In this document: piece by piece, positions 28,403 through 41,544 of the stretch | How positions within the stretch are numbered: position 1 is the first letter of the stretch | Layout: every line of letters begins with the position of its first letter | DNA from: Eledone cirrhosa | Taxonomy: Eukaryota | NCBI GenBank assembly: GCA_964016885.1 | Contig: OZ024751.1 | Location: 37,200,001-37,264,000, forward strand | DNA length: 64,000 nucleotides | Direction: 5' to 3' | The notes under the pieces: model-generated | The model's database searches: none | What the model saw: only the letters and a program-made list of their open reading frames with translations | What the model was told of the DNA's origin: nothing | Position numbers and translations under genes: made by a program

Positions 28403-28571
28403 AACGAAGGAGTTGTGGTAAGGAACCAGATGGACCATAACGCACCGGAGTACTCAATACTTAGGGTAGTAGAGTGGGTAATAAGAAAAATTATGACTCC
28501 GACGGCAGAGCTCAAGTTTCTAGTTCAGAAATAGCCGTCGAAACGGCTTGAGCTCTGCCGTCGGGGTCATA
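28403..28571 (-). mobile_element. (TA)n-flanked element terminus with 25-bp fold-back; second copy at 58399-58522
   Basis: AACGAAGGA..TGTGGTAAGGAACCAG.TGGACCATAACGCACC..AGTACTCAATACTT..GGTAGTAGAGTGGGTAATA is shared with 58399. Inverted repeat at 28492-28516 / 28547-28571. Confidence 0.8.
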
Positions 28572-28990
28572 CTCTTTCCTACACACATATATATATATAT
28601 ATACACACACACATATATTTATATATATATACATATATATACACATATGTATATATATATATGTAATTATATATATATATACACACACACATATATGTAT
28701 ATATATATATATATATACGTATGTATATATATATATATGTACACACATACACATATAAATATATACATACACATATATGTATATATATATATATATTCTC
28801 ACGGTTAGTTTTATGAGCCCGCGATACATATTCCTTATATAATTGCAATATGAAATTTCGAAATATAACAGGAAAAACCTTTTAAAATTAAATCATTATT
28901 TCACAGAAGAATGTATGTGACAATATAAAAAGGTTTAATTTTATTACATTTAAATTAATATGATATTGTAGCCTAAGTACACACACACAT

Positions 28991-29108
<118 letters not shown>

Positions 29109-29133
29109 CGTGTGTTTTGTGTATGTATGTATA

Positions 29134-29168
<35 letters not shown>

Positions 29169-29181
29169 GAAGTAACATGAC

Positions 29182-29457
29182 GCTGGACTGGTGTAAATCC
29201 TTGAAAGGTTTATTATACTATGATCATTTCAATGACCGGGTTCCATATGACTCGAAGGGCGGCTGGCTGTGAAGCTAGTTGGTCAGCCGCCTTCTCTGTC
29301 TCTGGTTTCTCGGACCCATGGTTTTTCGGACCCATGGCTTTTTATATATTCCTTTGTTATATTCCAATACCTGATGATATCACCGGATTCATATGGAACC
29401 CGGTCATTGAAATGATCATAGTATAATAAACCTTTCAAGGATTTACACCAGACCAGC
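29182..29457. repeat. 72-bp inverted repeat (29182-29253 / 29386-29457) with 132-bp spacer, Penelope-style inverted terminus
   Basis: Arms are reverse complements with 2 mismatches. The right arm overlaps a hammerhead motif; the spacer has TCGGACCCATGG twice. Confidence 0.92.
29367..29430 (+). ncRNA. Candidate type I hammerhead ribozyme (Penelope-like), followed by AATAAA
   Basis: Stem I ATAC / GTAT; CTGATGA 29371-29377; stem II with AT/AT, ACCGG/CCGGT, TTC/GAA; GAAA 29409-29412; palindromic TGATCA; ATA cleavage triplet ending 29420; AATAAA 29425-29430. Confidence 0.75.
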
Positions 29458-29616
29458 CTCCTGCTACTTAATTTATAATTAACTCCGTAATCGCACCACC
29501 AACTACACAAACGAAGATGGGTGAACTGCACTGCGTTGAGTACTCTTCACAATATTACACCAGGATTGACCATACGGAATGACCAGTTCTATCCAGTGGT
29601 GAACCAACAAACATTA

Positions 29617-29680
<64 letters not shown>

Positions 29681-29695
29681 GTATCTATTTAGAGA

Positions 29696-29735
<40 letters not shown>

Positions 29736-30937
29736 GTATCTATTTAGAGAGCATAGTTATAAGGGACAGCACTCAGTTTTGATCATCATGTTTTTAGTCG
29801 TTTGTATGACGACATGATTGCATTAAACGCAGTGTCTCCCGTTTTATAGTATAATTTGAACTATCTTACGCTACTGCTTTCATCGTGTCGAGAAAACATA
29901 TAAATACAACTTCTAGTGGATATACTGTCATACCCTTTATCCGGGACAATTTCTTCTATCATCTATTAACCTACAGCTAGCTCACTATATCCCCATTAAC
30001 TCAGATATTCAGGGCATGATAATCAGATATCAATTTCTATCTAATTGATACTCACGATCTTACTACGATGGATGCTCGGTACCTGAGGATCATTGCTTAA
30101 GCTCTACTTTAATTTAATTAATATATTCATAAATATTGCTATTAAAACTCTCCTATGGCTTTGCAATCACAGAAATGGTATAGCGCCAAATTACTTCATC
30201 GAGAATTTACCTGGAGTCCCTTGAGGTACGTAGACATTGGGATTTATTTCACTGGCTTCAGCCACTCTCCACCAATATCCATTGATTTCATGCCAGCAAT
30301 TAGATTCGATATAAATCGAAGTTTCATTTGAATATCACATTATTACAACACGGCTTTTATATATAAATAAGATATTCTCTTTGATTAGGTGATCGATTCT
30401 CACGAATAAAATTTTAATTAGTATAATGCTTTTAAATTAATAAAAGGCATGGCCATATGGCTAAGGAGCTTGTTGTGGAGGTAAATACATTTCAGGTTCA
30501 GTTCCAAATCATGGCACATGCAGCAATCCAATGCATTGTGAGTGAAGTTTGTTTTATCAAAAACTGCGTAGAGATCCTTCGCAAATTTACATATATGCAG
30601 GATCCCGTATTTACTGAGAGAAACGTTGGGGCACCCTATTAATATATGGATTTTCTTGTGCATTTTCAAACTTGGCGGAGACCATCATCTTTCCAGGTCA
30701 GATTTTTTCAGAGAAGTATAGAGAGAGTGAAGGAATGAAAGTGAAAAAGAGATATATAGAGGAGGAATCGAGCCCAGTACTAGACTGGTACTTCATTTAT
30801 CGACTTTGAAAGGATGAAAGGCAAAGTTCATGTCCACAGGATTTGAAATCAGAGAGTTCGTTAATAAAATTGTCAAATTGTAAGTTATTTTAGCAAATTA
30901 TACATAGAACTACACACACACACACACACACTATATA

Positions 30938-30980
<43 letters not shown>

Positions 30981-31242
30981 AACAGGGAGAAAAAGACTAT
31001 TATTAGGAAGAACAATTTATTTTTATTTTTCTCCTCTTTGATTAAATGATTAAAACGAAATATTTTACTTTGTGTGAAGTGTTAAGGTATTAGTTGATTT
31101 ATTTATTAATTAACAATTGCATTTATTTATATATTTAATAATTGTCTATTACCGGTTTCAGCATTTTTATGCATTATCAAATGATAATAATATGTATTGG
31201 TGTAAAATGGTAATATTTATTTATATATATATATATATAACC

Positions 31243-31417
31243 ACAGTTAGTAAGGTACTCAATACATTAGTAGTGTGTAAACAACACGTTTAATAAAGAA
31301 ATGGCTTCTACAGGACTAGAATTATTTCATGAAACAATTCAAGTCCTGTAGAAACAATTCCTATATCCCAACTTGGTGTTTACACTCTACTCTTGTATTG
31401 AGTACCTTACTAACTGT
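31243..31417. repeat. Imperfect spacerless fold-back palindrome centred at 31329/31330 (TTTCA|TGAAA)
   Basis: ACAGTTAGTAAGGTACTCAATACA / TGTATTGAGTACCTTACTAACTGT, GTGTAAACA / TGTTTACAC and TTCTACAGGACT / AGTCCTGTAGAA pair in register. Confidence 0.9.
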
Positions 31418-31497
31418 TTATGTATATTGTGTGTGTGTCTCTGTATGTGTGCATCTTTGCGCGTGTAATTCTATGTATAAGATGTTAAAATATCTTT

Positions 31498-31592
<95 letters not shown>

Positions 31593-31620
31593 TATACTTT
31601 TGTAAGACTAATCATTTAGC

Positions 31621-31678
<58 letters not shown>

Positions 31679-31760
31679 ATACTTGGGGAGGGTCATATTT
31701 GTGTAATAATATTGCCAGAATTAATAACAGAACACACTCACTGTTTGGTTGGTTTTCGCA

Positions 31761-31973
31761 TCTGTGTCTTTTATATCGGTTAATTTAACTTAATTTATTC
31801 GGTCCTTAATGTTACCATTGACTGACCAACGGTCAAAAATTCAGATACAATATAGACACAAATACATATATATATAGTCTATATTGTATCTGTATTTTTG
31901 ACCGTTGGTCAGTCAATGGTAACATTGAGGACTGAATAAATTAAATTAAATTTACCGATATAAAAGACACAGA
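31761..31973. repeat. 97-bp inverted repeat (31761-31857 / 31877-31973) with 19-nt TA-rich spacer
   Basis: Arms aligned by hand: 5 mismatches, no indels. Confidence 0.95.
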
Positions 31974-32362
31974 AGTATGAATAGACACGTAAATCTTGAT
32001 GGAGTCCTTGGGAGGTTGTAACTAGATAAAACCGGCAGCGTGTATCTTTTCAACGACTTTTTTCCATAACGGGAGCCAGATTGATAGAGAGTAAGTGAGA
32101 AAGAGACAGACAGGAAAAATTGACCATATTTCTGGTACTTTATTTATCCACTTCCAAAGGATGAAAATCGAAGTTGATAATGGTGGGGAGCACCGAACCG
32201 AATGCTACAAATAATTATATTCGACGCTCTAACGCAATGATTAATCCACTTCCTGGACACACAGACACACATACACACACAGATACACACACGTGTACAC
32301 ACAGACACACAGAGATATACATACATATACATACATACATATACATATACATATATTTATTC

Positions 32363-32393
<31 letters not shown>

Positions 32394-34079
32394 TATATAG
32401 ATAGATAGACATACATACTTATCTAAAGGTTTGATAAGCCACCAGAGCTGTCGAAACTTCGAATTAAATAATCACTGTTTATACCACATTTCATAGTGTC
32501 TCTGTAAACTGAGTATGAGTCCTTATTTCAGTGAATACTTCCTGCCGTTATTACACCAACACATAACATGAGCATTTCTATATGTAACGCATACACACAT
32601 TGTCTTACAACAGTGTTATATTTGCCATTATCTTGTACTTCCAATCTTACATATACATACGTAAGGTCAGGTATATTCATATTTATAATCCAAAAGTCAA
32701 TCTGAGATGCCATGCCTTAATTTAGACGTACTATATATAAATGTAGGCATGAGTGTATAGTTTAGAAATTCACTGCGTTTCCACGTATTTGCGGATTCGT
32801 TCAAATCCATTGCATAGAACCTCGGACAAGTGTCGTCACCTATTATCCTGGGTTAACTATTACATCTGTTGTACATTTAGTGGATAGAGATCATGCTGAA
32901 AAGCGTCATATAATGTGTTTGTGTGCGCGTTTCTTTGTTTATTTGCTTATATCCGTCAGAAAAGTGATGTTTCATTTGCTGTGTTTTTAGTCGTGTTTTT
33001 AGAGTTTCAATAAATACAAATCGAGAATGAATCCGAAATAAGTCTGGTAGACCACACGGTGGACTTAAACCTAATTGAAGGTTGCACTCCAGCATGGTGG
33101 GGGTCTTATGAATAAAACCAATAGAAGGAATTAAAAACAAATGTCTACAAGAATATATTTGATTTCAGTCAAAAGGTATTGATTGCTCCAGCTACATTTT
33201 TATTATAAATCTGTTTGTAGTGTAACCTAACTACAATTTCATGTCTTTTTTCATGATTGTCACTTGCAAATATTATTAGCTGTGATTGCTATTATATGCC
33301 TGAACAATCGAGGATAATTCCGGGATATTACCGTGTTGCAATAATTTATAGTCGATAACTGTTATTTCCATGTTTGAAAGATAATGGATGCCCGTTGATC
33401 CACAGAATTTACTAGCTGGTATCTCTACTCCATGTAAATATCACCCCCTCGCTATATCGCTTTCCATGTTTGGGATAACTTTCTCCGTTGTATCTTCCCA
33501 CGAAAAATCTAGAAACCTGAAATCTCAGACTCCTCCATAAGGCTGAAAGACAACGCATACATCCTAAACAGCCAATTCTTGAACTGAAAGAATCTTTGAA
33601 AGACATTTAAAAATGGAAAACTTGTTATCAGATTTACACTACTTTTTACTTTTTTTTTTTTTGCATTCAACTGCTGATAGTATTTATACCACTTTGGATA
33701 TAAATTACTTCGCATCAACTGAAAACGAATGAAAAATATTCGAAGGCCGAACCATTTACATAGTCGTTTATGGCTACACTCTGAAACCGAGAAAGTGATA
33801 TCGCACAAAAACCAAACAACGTAACAATCAACTTTTATCGATGCAGACACACGCATGCGCAGTTTTGCAAATATAAACTCCGACAAATAACGTCTGCTTG
33901 CCGACGTCAGTATATGCGTACGAGGAAGATACAGCCTGCTACATTCGTAGATATCTAAGTTGTTTATTGTATGATATATATATATATATATATATACGCA
34001 TGTATGTGTTTGTGTCTGGAAGGTGTATATATCATATATGTATATATATGTATGTATATATGTACACACACACACACAC

Positions 34080-34113
<34 letters not shown>

Positions 34114-34439
34114 TCACACATATATATCTATACTACATGCCTACAGACATATATATTGTTCGTAACATCAAAACCTGATGGTATTGGTAGTTAAACCAGG
34201 CAAAAATCATCCCACTTTAAGTTACATCACATCTGATTTGTCTGTGGGAGAAAGATAACAGAGTTTGAGCTTGAAGAAGTTTCGACAATAGCACCGGGAT
34301 TGCTACTTCTTTTATGTACCCGAGTAATATTAAGCTTAGCATCATTTGAACTCAGGATGTCATCAGCGGGAATGAATACTGTAAAATATTCTTCCTGGTG
34401 TTTCAAGTGTTATTCAGCTTCATCACACTTTTACTACCG

Positions 34440-34820
34440 TTGCATGGGTTAAACAAGCCTTCTCAATACAGTTTCCTACCATATTGAGGCAACGTTCTTC
34501 ATCGGTTTGCGATCAATGTTTATAAACTCATCAGAAGTTTTCACCACTCTTCCGCTCCTTCTACTGGGGTCGTTTCTCACTTCTTCATCCAACGATCATC
34601 ATCCATTCGAGCGCATTCTTCTGTCCTGCACACAACATCTGATTCCTCTTATGTCTAGTTATGTTTTCTCTTAGTTTCTCCTTGCTTCTTCTTTCATTCA
34701 CTCTAACATGAATCATGGACTGGAGCCTGCTACCTTCATTCACGTTGATACCAGCGCAATCGTCCTTTCTGCCCACTACATCCGATTTCTCATTCACCCA
34801 ATTTTTTCCTTAGCTGATCT
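34440..34820 (-). mobile_element. Highly decayed RTE-clade LINE 3' fragment
   Basis: Minus strand has GGA CGA TTG CGC TGG TAT (GRLRWY) and a 3' segment GTATTGAGAAGGCTTGTTTAACCCATGC resembling RTE ends. Confidence 0.45.
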
Positions 34821-35569
34821 TTTTTGTGTTTAATGAACCGTAATATTATATATCGGAGCATGTTCGATTAATTTCTGTCTAGTCGTCACATGTCCTCTAC
34901 ATTAAATAACTTTGTGACTGGGAAAGGTGTTTAATGAGGGAATATGTGATATCTGAATGCTCATTCTGGCGATAGATTACGGAAAGTATCCTTACGTGTC
35001 GTTTACGTGCTATTTTTTCTTTCATTTCTTATAAATAAATACCTTCTGCTCTCCAAAACAACTGTTTATAGTGATTAATGTAAAAGAAAAGAAAATCTAG
35101 AATAGATATGTTTTGATGTTATATCCACCAACTATTTATTTGGTGGATAGGAGTTAAACAAAGCTTGTTTGTCTGCTATTACAGACGAAGTATTTGAACA
35201 AAATACATTGATAGGAACGGGTGAGGGCCGGGGAAGCCAAAGGAAAAAAATCAATAAAGAGATCAGAAAGGGGCTAAGCAACATGATATAGCCAATATCA
35301 ATTTGTAATCAATCATTCACTGCATAAAACCACATTATTACATTTATTTTCCTTTAGTTTTATATTTGTTTCATTGTTTTAAAATTCTTGGTTTATTGTT
35401 ACGTATGTTTGCTGAAATGCCTATATCAAAATATTCTTAATATTATCATTATTTACGTAACACCATCATCAACACCTTGTTTTTCTCTAGCAGTTTTCTA
35501 TTCTGTTCGATTCTCTTCCTATATCCGTCATATGTAGAAGATTATCGGTATTATTATCAGCATTATTAG

Positions 35570-35860
35570 CAGATTGGCAGCGTCGGACACCATGGCTAGC
35601 GGCATAGAATTACGGCTATTTACGTTCTGAGTTCAAATCCCGCCGAGGTTAGCTTTGGCTTTCATCTTTACGGGGTCGATAAAATAAAGCACCAGTAATG
35701 CACTGGGGCCAATTTAATCGACTTTCCACTCCCCTTCAAATTGCTGACCATGTGCCTATAGTAGAAACAATTATTATTATTATTGACAGTATGGTGGAGG
35801 GTCGGACATGCTTTCCGTAATGTACTGGGTAATTGCTGGCCTGGTGCCATAAGTAGAAAT
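35570..35860 (+). mobile_element. Family-A SINE (35570-35780) followed by an internally deleted copy (35783-35860), with (TTA)n/(TAA)n tails
   Basis: TAGAATTACGGC...CTGAGTTCAAATCCCGCCGAGG...GTAGAAACAATTATT, then CAGTATGGTGGAGGGTCGGAC...GTAATGTACTGGGTAATTGCTGGCC. Confidence 0.85.
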
Positions 35861-36139
35861 AATAATAATAATAATAATAATTATTATTATTATTATAACA
35901 GAATTAGAAGAGTTGTTACGGCGTCGGAAAATGCTTGCCATTTAGGATTTGAGTTCAAAGTTGACCTAGTTTAACTTCGCCCTTCATCGTTCAGACGTCG
36001 ATAAAATAATGTACACAGAGGTTAATATAAATGAGAGAGTGTGAAATTACATATATCCGATCAGACAAAGGAAACACTGTTTCCACTGGTTTTGCTAATT
36101 ACTGATAATATCCGTTGGTCTCAACTCCTGACGATTAAC

Positions 36140-36245
36140 TGTGAAATAAAGTGTCTTGCTCAAAGACAAAGTATCACCTGGATTCGAACTCACAACCTCA
36201 GGTTTGTAAATCAAACTCTCTAACCACTAAGCCAAGTGACTTCAC
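36140..36245 (-). mobile_element. Family-B SINE head
   Basis: TGAAATAAAGTGTCTTGCTCAAAGACA...GGATTCGAACTCAC...CTAACCACTAAGCCA. Confidence 0.7.
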
Positions 36246-36276
36246 ACAAACACAGACGCACACGCACATACATAAT

Positions 36277-36617
36277 GGTTTCTGATACAGGCACGAGGTC
36301 AACATATTTTTGGGGGTAGGGAAAGTCGATTATATTGACCCCAGTGCATTACTGGTACATTATTTTATCGACCTTCATAAGGATGAAAGGAAAACTTAAC
36401 CCCGACGGGATTTGAACTCAAAACGTAAAGAGGCGTAACTATATACCACAAATCATGTAGTCCATTTTTTTCCCGATAATAGGAATCCACCACCCCTACT
36501 CACACATGAATAATTGTTTCTACTTTTGGCACAAGCCCAGCAAATACCCAGTACATTACTGGTACTTTATTTTATCGACCCCGTAAGGATGAAAGGCAAA
36601 GTTAACCTCGACGGGAT
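36277..36617 (-). mobile_element. Two family-A SINEs in tandem (36277-36500 older; 36509-36617 young, 5'-truncated)
   Basis: Reverse complements of the family-A body, e.g. ACTGGTACTTTATTTTATCGACCCCGTAAGGATGAAAGGCAAAGTTAACCTCGACGGGAT. Confidence 0.85.
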
Positions 36618-38286
36618 ATGCTGTGTGTCTAATCACGTTATTATTCCTGTATATGTCTATGTGAGTCTCAGTGTTTGATACTTTATGGATGCTCATATCT
36701 ATGCATGTATTTATTTACGCATTTCTTACAAGTGTAACGATACGCGTCTCCAAAAAATATAGGTATTTAAATAGTAGAACTTGTCACGTGATATATGAAT
36801 GTACACTAAAGACGTTACGTTCTCGTTATATGACATCATCAATGCATAAATAATTAAATAGATGACAATGTAAAGATTTGCAATCTATATTAGTGCCAGA
36901 TCGTTGTTTTTTTATATTATGAGTTGGAAAACTCGTATAAATTTAGGAAAAAATGAAAATCGGACGGGGTTTTGCCAATATATATCAAAATCATGGCGTA
37001 ATATCAAACGCCAAGGACGACAACTCCTTTACAGTTCCTGTCATTTGTACAATAAGGTACGTAACCTATTTTCTACGAATGTCGACCAGACCTGGATAGA
37101 ATATTGTAATTCTAAACACAACGATCGGTGTGTTCTTTTAGAGAAAGAATGGGATATACTTTGGAGTTCAGAGATATCCAATATCTAAGATATGATATAC
37201 ATAATTCAAGCCAAGAATATATTTTTCAAAGTGGGTTATATTCCACAAGGCTATGCTAAAGATTGTAAACAATTGTTTCAAGTTATCACTCTTGATCTCT
37301 CAACAGTAAATTTTAATTTATATAAGAACTATGAATAGAGAAACGAAGATAAGTCGTTCCAGAAATGTACAAGACACCTATTGCATGAAAGTTAAATTAT
37401 GAATCTAAAGGAATAAAGATAGAATTCACATCACATTTATAGAACTGTTGTTTATTATTGCAGACGTAAATGTATTTAAAAAATGACGATTCTTATTCTA
37501 TTCGTTTATTGGTTTCATCACTAGACCGAAACACTGATTAATTACAACCAGAAAATGATTTGTTCGATAATATCGACTCTTATGTGAATATTCCAGACAT
37601 TATATGTATTATGGTTTGAAACAGAAAACTCATTCTCACTCAAGGGAATTTAGAATTTCTTAACCGTATTTTAATATAATTTCTTTACTTTTGACACTTG
37701 CTAATAGTATTTCTTGCGAATATCCTGAAACATTCCACAAATATTATTATAGATCACTGTGCTACAAGAATGCCATTTAAAAGTTGACAACTCTTATTAT
37801 TTCTATCTTTAAAAAGAAACATAATGGATGCCCCGTGATCAATATTATAAGAACGAGGCAGAGATGAAACCTGCACTTTTCACGTTATGCCCTATGGACA
37901 TTAACTTCATTCTAATCAACGATGTCATTGCGATTTTCTTACGAAATAATGGATGAAAACCAATATCTTTTAGCGGGAACCATTAGCGAAATTCTCCCTC
38001 ATTTGCCAATCTATGCCAAAAGCTTCCACTCCTCCCGGCTTTCTCATCCACTCTTTAACCTTTTGATAATCATTCTGGAAGAAAGACGTTACGTGCATTA
38101 TTATCAACATGCACATATCTACTAAATCTCAAATTTTCACTAGCCACCTTAAATTTCCCCAAAGACACGCTAGTAATTATTTCTAGGTTACTGGATGTTC
38201 AATTATCACCTATTTATTTCTAAAGACGATTACCTTCAGTGAGTCTATCAATACTATTCTCATTTTCGTAGCTTGGTTCATTGCAT

Positions 38287-38320
<34 letters not shown>

Positions 38321-39332
38321 ATAAACACATTTCTTTATTGCAGAATCTTGAGTATATGAAACAATACTCTTTTACTGTATAGTGAAATTAGGCGAACGAT
38401 AGAACATGCCTCTTTGTTCGGCAAGATATAATCAAGAGTACAACACGCACAAATACACATACAGACACACACATACGTACGTGCGTACAAATGAATATGA
38501 AATATTGATAATAAATTATGAAAGAAATGATATAGGATATATTTCACTTTATTGTGGGTTCGTATGTCCTAGTATATTCTGCACACAAGACACGAATTAA
38601 CTAGCATTTTAACTTATATAATCACATGACTGTTAGATTTTAAATTCTACCACCTATTAAATTGTTAGTATTCACTCCAAGTATAGTGCTTTAAGGGGGA
38701 TTAGTGAATATATCTAGTATTTTACAAGTCACCGGCGAATGTACTATACCAAAGTCTCTCACATTATTCCAAATTCGAATGACATTGCAATAATTTACTA
38801 ATTCTCGGTTGAAATGATTTAGATTTATTTATTTATACGTCTGTTAGTCATTGGCTGTGATTTTCAATCCTAATCCCGAAACTGGACATTTCTGCTGAAC
38901 AATTAGCGAAAGAAAGCATATGCTCACAAGTAATTTAAATATTGATTTATTTCTTAGATACCCTTTTTATAAATATGAGACGAAATATAGTTAGAATCAG
39001 TTGATATATTTTAAAGAGTGATAATAATTTTAATAAAAATGGCAGAGCTAAATGAGAAGTAGAATCTTTGTCGACTGGAACTTAATTCTGTCTAAACGAT
39101 ATTACCATGAAAGCTATCGTGCTAGAAACAATTTAAATAAACGCTTCAAATTATGGAAATCTGACTCGTCATTACAGCTACACTCTCTTGGCATTTCAGC
39201 ATTACAAACATACATTTTAAAGGGCACCTAACACTCATCCAATACATGAAAGATGTTAGGACTCATTAACTGGTACCAAATGACTCGTCTAATGAATTTA
39301 TTCCATAAGATTTCCTACCGTGATTTTCCGTA

Positions 39333-39402
<70 letters not shown>

Positions 39403-39516
39403 ATAATAAATTTGAAGACTAAAATCAAAGAGGGCTCGATAAGGATAAATATATATCAAATATAAGATCATGTTAAGGGTGAAAGCACCGATTTTTGCTT
39501 AAACTTTAATCTGTTA

Positions 39517-39575
<59 letters not shown>

Positions 39576-39889
39576 TATGTTAAGGTAGCGATACATATTC
39601 AATTTATGCTGATCATATTTCTCAATAAAAATACTCAATTGCGCTTAATTCTGAGCATCAATTATATACATTTTATAAGATATACGGTGTGAGAAAAAAT
39701 ATGGCATTTTGCTGACATATTATAAAGCAAAAAATTTGATGCAAAATATTACATCTTAAAGTCTGTATGATGTTTCTGCATATAGTTTGCTCTATATATG
39801 TAATAAAAATGTTATGTTTCTCAAACGATATACGTTTCTCTCTGTGTGTGTGTGTCTCTCTCTCTCTCTCTTTCTATATATATATATAT

Positions 39890-40098
39890 GTGAGAAAAAC
39901 CACAGACCCTCCATCTCAACTCTACTTTTGAAAAGCAAAAGAACTGCGAAACCGGTAAAGGAACCAAATAAATATATATATTTTAAAAAAAAATAAGACT
40001 CCAGTTGCATTTTCGAGTTCATCTGTTTTTCTTTATACTTTCACTCGTGTAGGACACCGGTTATTTTTCATTTTGTAAAAAAACTCTCACTTTCTAAT
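39890..40098 (+). mobile_element. (TA)n-flanked element with decayed hammerhead motif and TTTCTAA(TA)n end
   Basis: CTT-TTGAAAA-GCA..TGC-GAAA-CCGG-TA-AAG, then AATAAA (39967); the 3' part is duplicated at 23042-23152. Confidence 0.6.
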
Positions 40099-40608
40099 AT
40101 ATATATATCCCTCTCTATCTCTCTTACACACACACACACATTTATATATATATATATACACGCATTCCTATGTAAATGGTAAGAACAAAGAATGTGCCTT
40201 TGTATAGGGGAACGGTCATTAAATGTATATTAAGAAATCGTGTTTCACTTGAGATCGTACGAATTAAATTATATCTTATCAGCGGGGCTCGGCGCATCAA
40301 TTTTCATGTATATCGCACTTAAGCTAGTTATACCTGTAATATAGTGACTCATTCATTAAGAAATACGGAGATAAATGAAGTTGAGGCTAAATGGTCAACT
40401 AAAAGAAACCGAGATCAATTCTTGTTGGCTCTTTAGTTAATATATTATACGGCCTTTCTCTTTCTCTCTATATATATGGTGAGTGAGGGAAAGGCGAGTT
40501 CATAAAAGAAAGAAAATTATTATGTCCTGTGAACACACATTTTTATACATGCAACATTTTTACACACACACGCATATACAATCAGAAACTTAGGCAACTG
40601 AAGCTGAG

Positions 40609-40642
<34 letters not shown>

Positions 40643-41386
40643 TACATATAAGCAATATAATACATACACACATTATCTATCGACATATCTCTATATAATA
40701 ATATACAAATCTTAATACATAATTTATGCACTTACGTATATGCATGTACACACACAGCATTCAAAAATGCATACACACATGCACACACACACAAATATAC
40801 ATACATGTACATGCAAACATACATACATGCATACATACAATATTTACAAAGACAGGCCTTGAAAAATGTAGGTGTCTCAAATGAATTAATGATACACTAA
40901 GAGAAAAAAATATATATGTATCAAGCCCACTCTCATTTTAAACACGATAAAAGTGCTGGAAGTATTTTTGAACTTAACAGCACAATGAGAAAAGCCATTT
41001 TCTTGTATGTCATTGAAAACAAATCCTTTATGGCCCCTTACACGGTGTTCTTCTTGCATTAATGTGTCACCTTCCACCTTTAGAAAAAAGAAGACAACAT
41101 GAAAAAGAAAAATGACCCTCGCCCGCCACACCCTCCTCTATAACTCCATCCACGGCTACTTGCTATGATTGTTCACCTTTCAACTTTGGTAAAAAGAAAG
41201 AAAAAATATAAATAAGTAACGGAATACATACTAAAATCTAGTGGCCCCAAGTAGTTTGGTAATATCTTTACCTTAATATATGCACACCCCTGTAGTTTTA
41301 GGGGAAAAACAACAACATTTTATGCAGACACCGAGAATTTCGCATGTGTCAATGTCATCGATAGAGCCAGACACAACCAGGATATA

Positions 41387-41431
<45 letters not shown>

Positions 41432-41511
41432 ACACACATACACACACATATATATATCGAAATAGATGGAAATATACATGCACACACAAACTATATATAT
41501 ACATATATATG

Positions 41512-41544
<33 letters not shown>

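Noticed and set aside
30205-30335. Coding-looking minus-strand stretch (CWHEINGYWWRVAEASEINPNVYVPQGTP) ending at CAG|GTAAAT
   Set aside because: No acceptor AG or in-frame start between the upstream stop and this stretch.
40886-41131. 81-aa minus-strand ORF with a signal-peptide-like start
   Set aside because: It starts at GTG, and the hydrophobic stretch is a translated pyrimidine tract; only the internal 36-nt exon candidate was kept.
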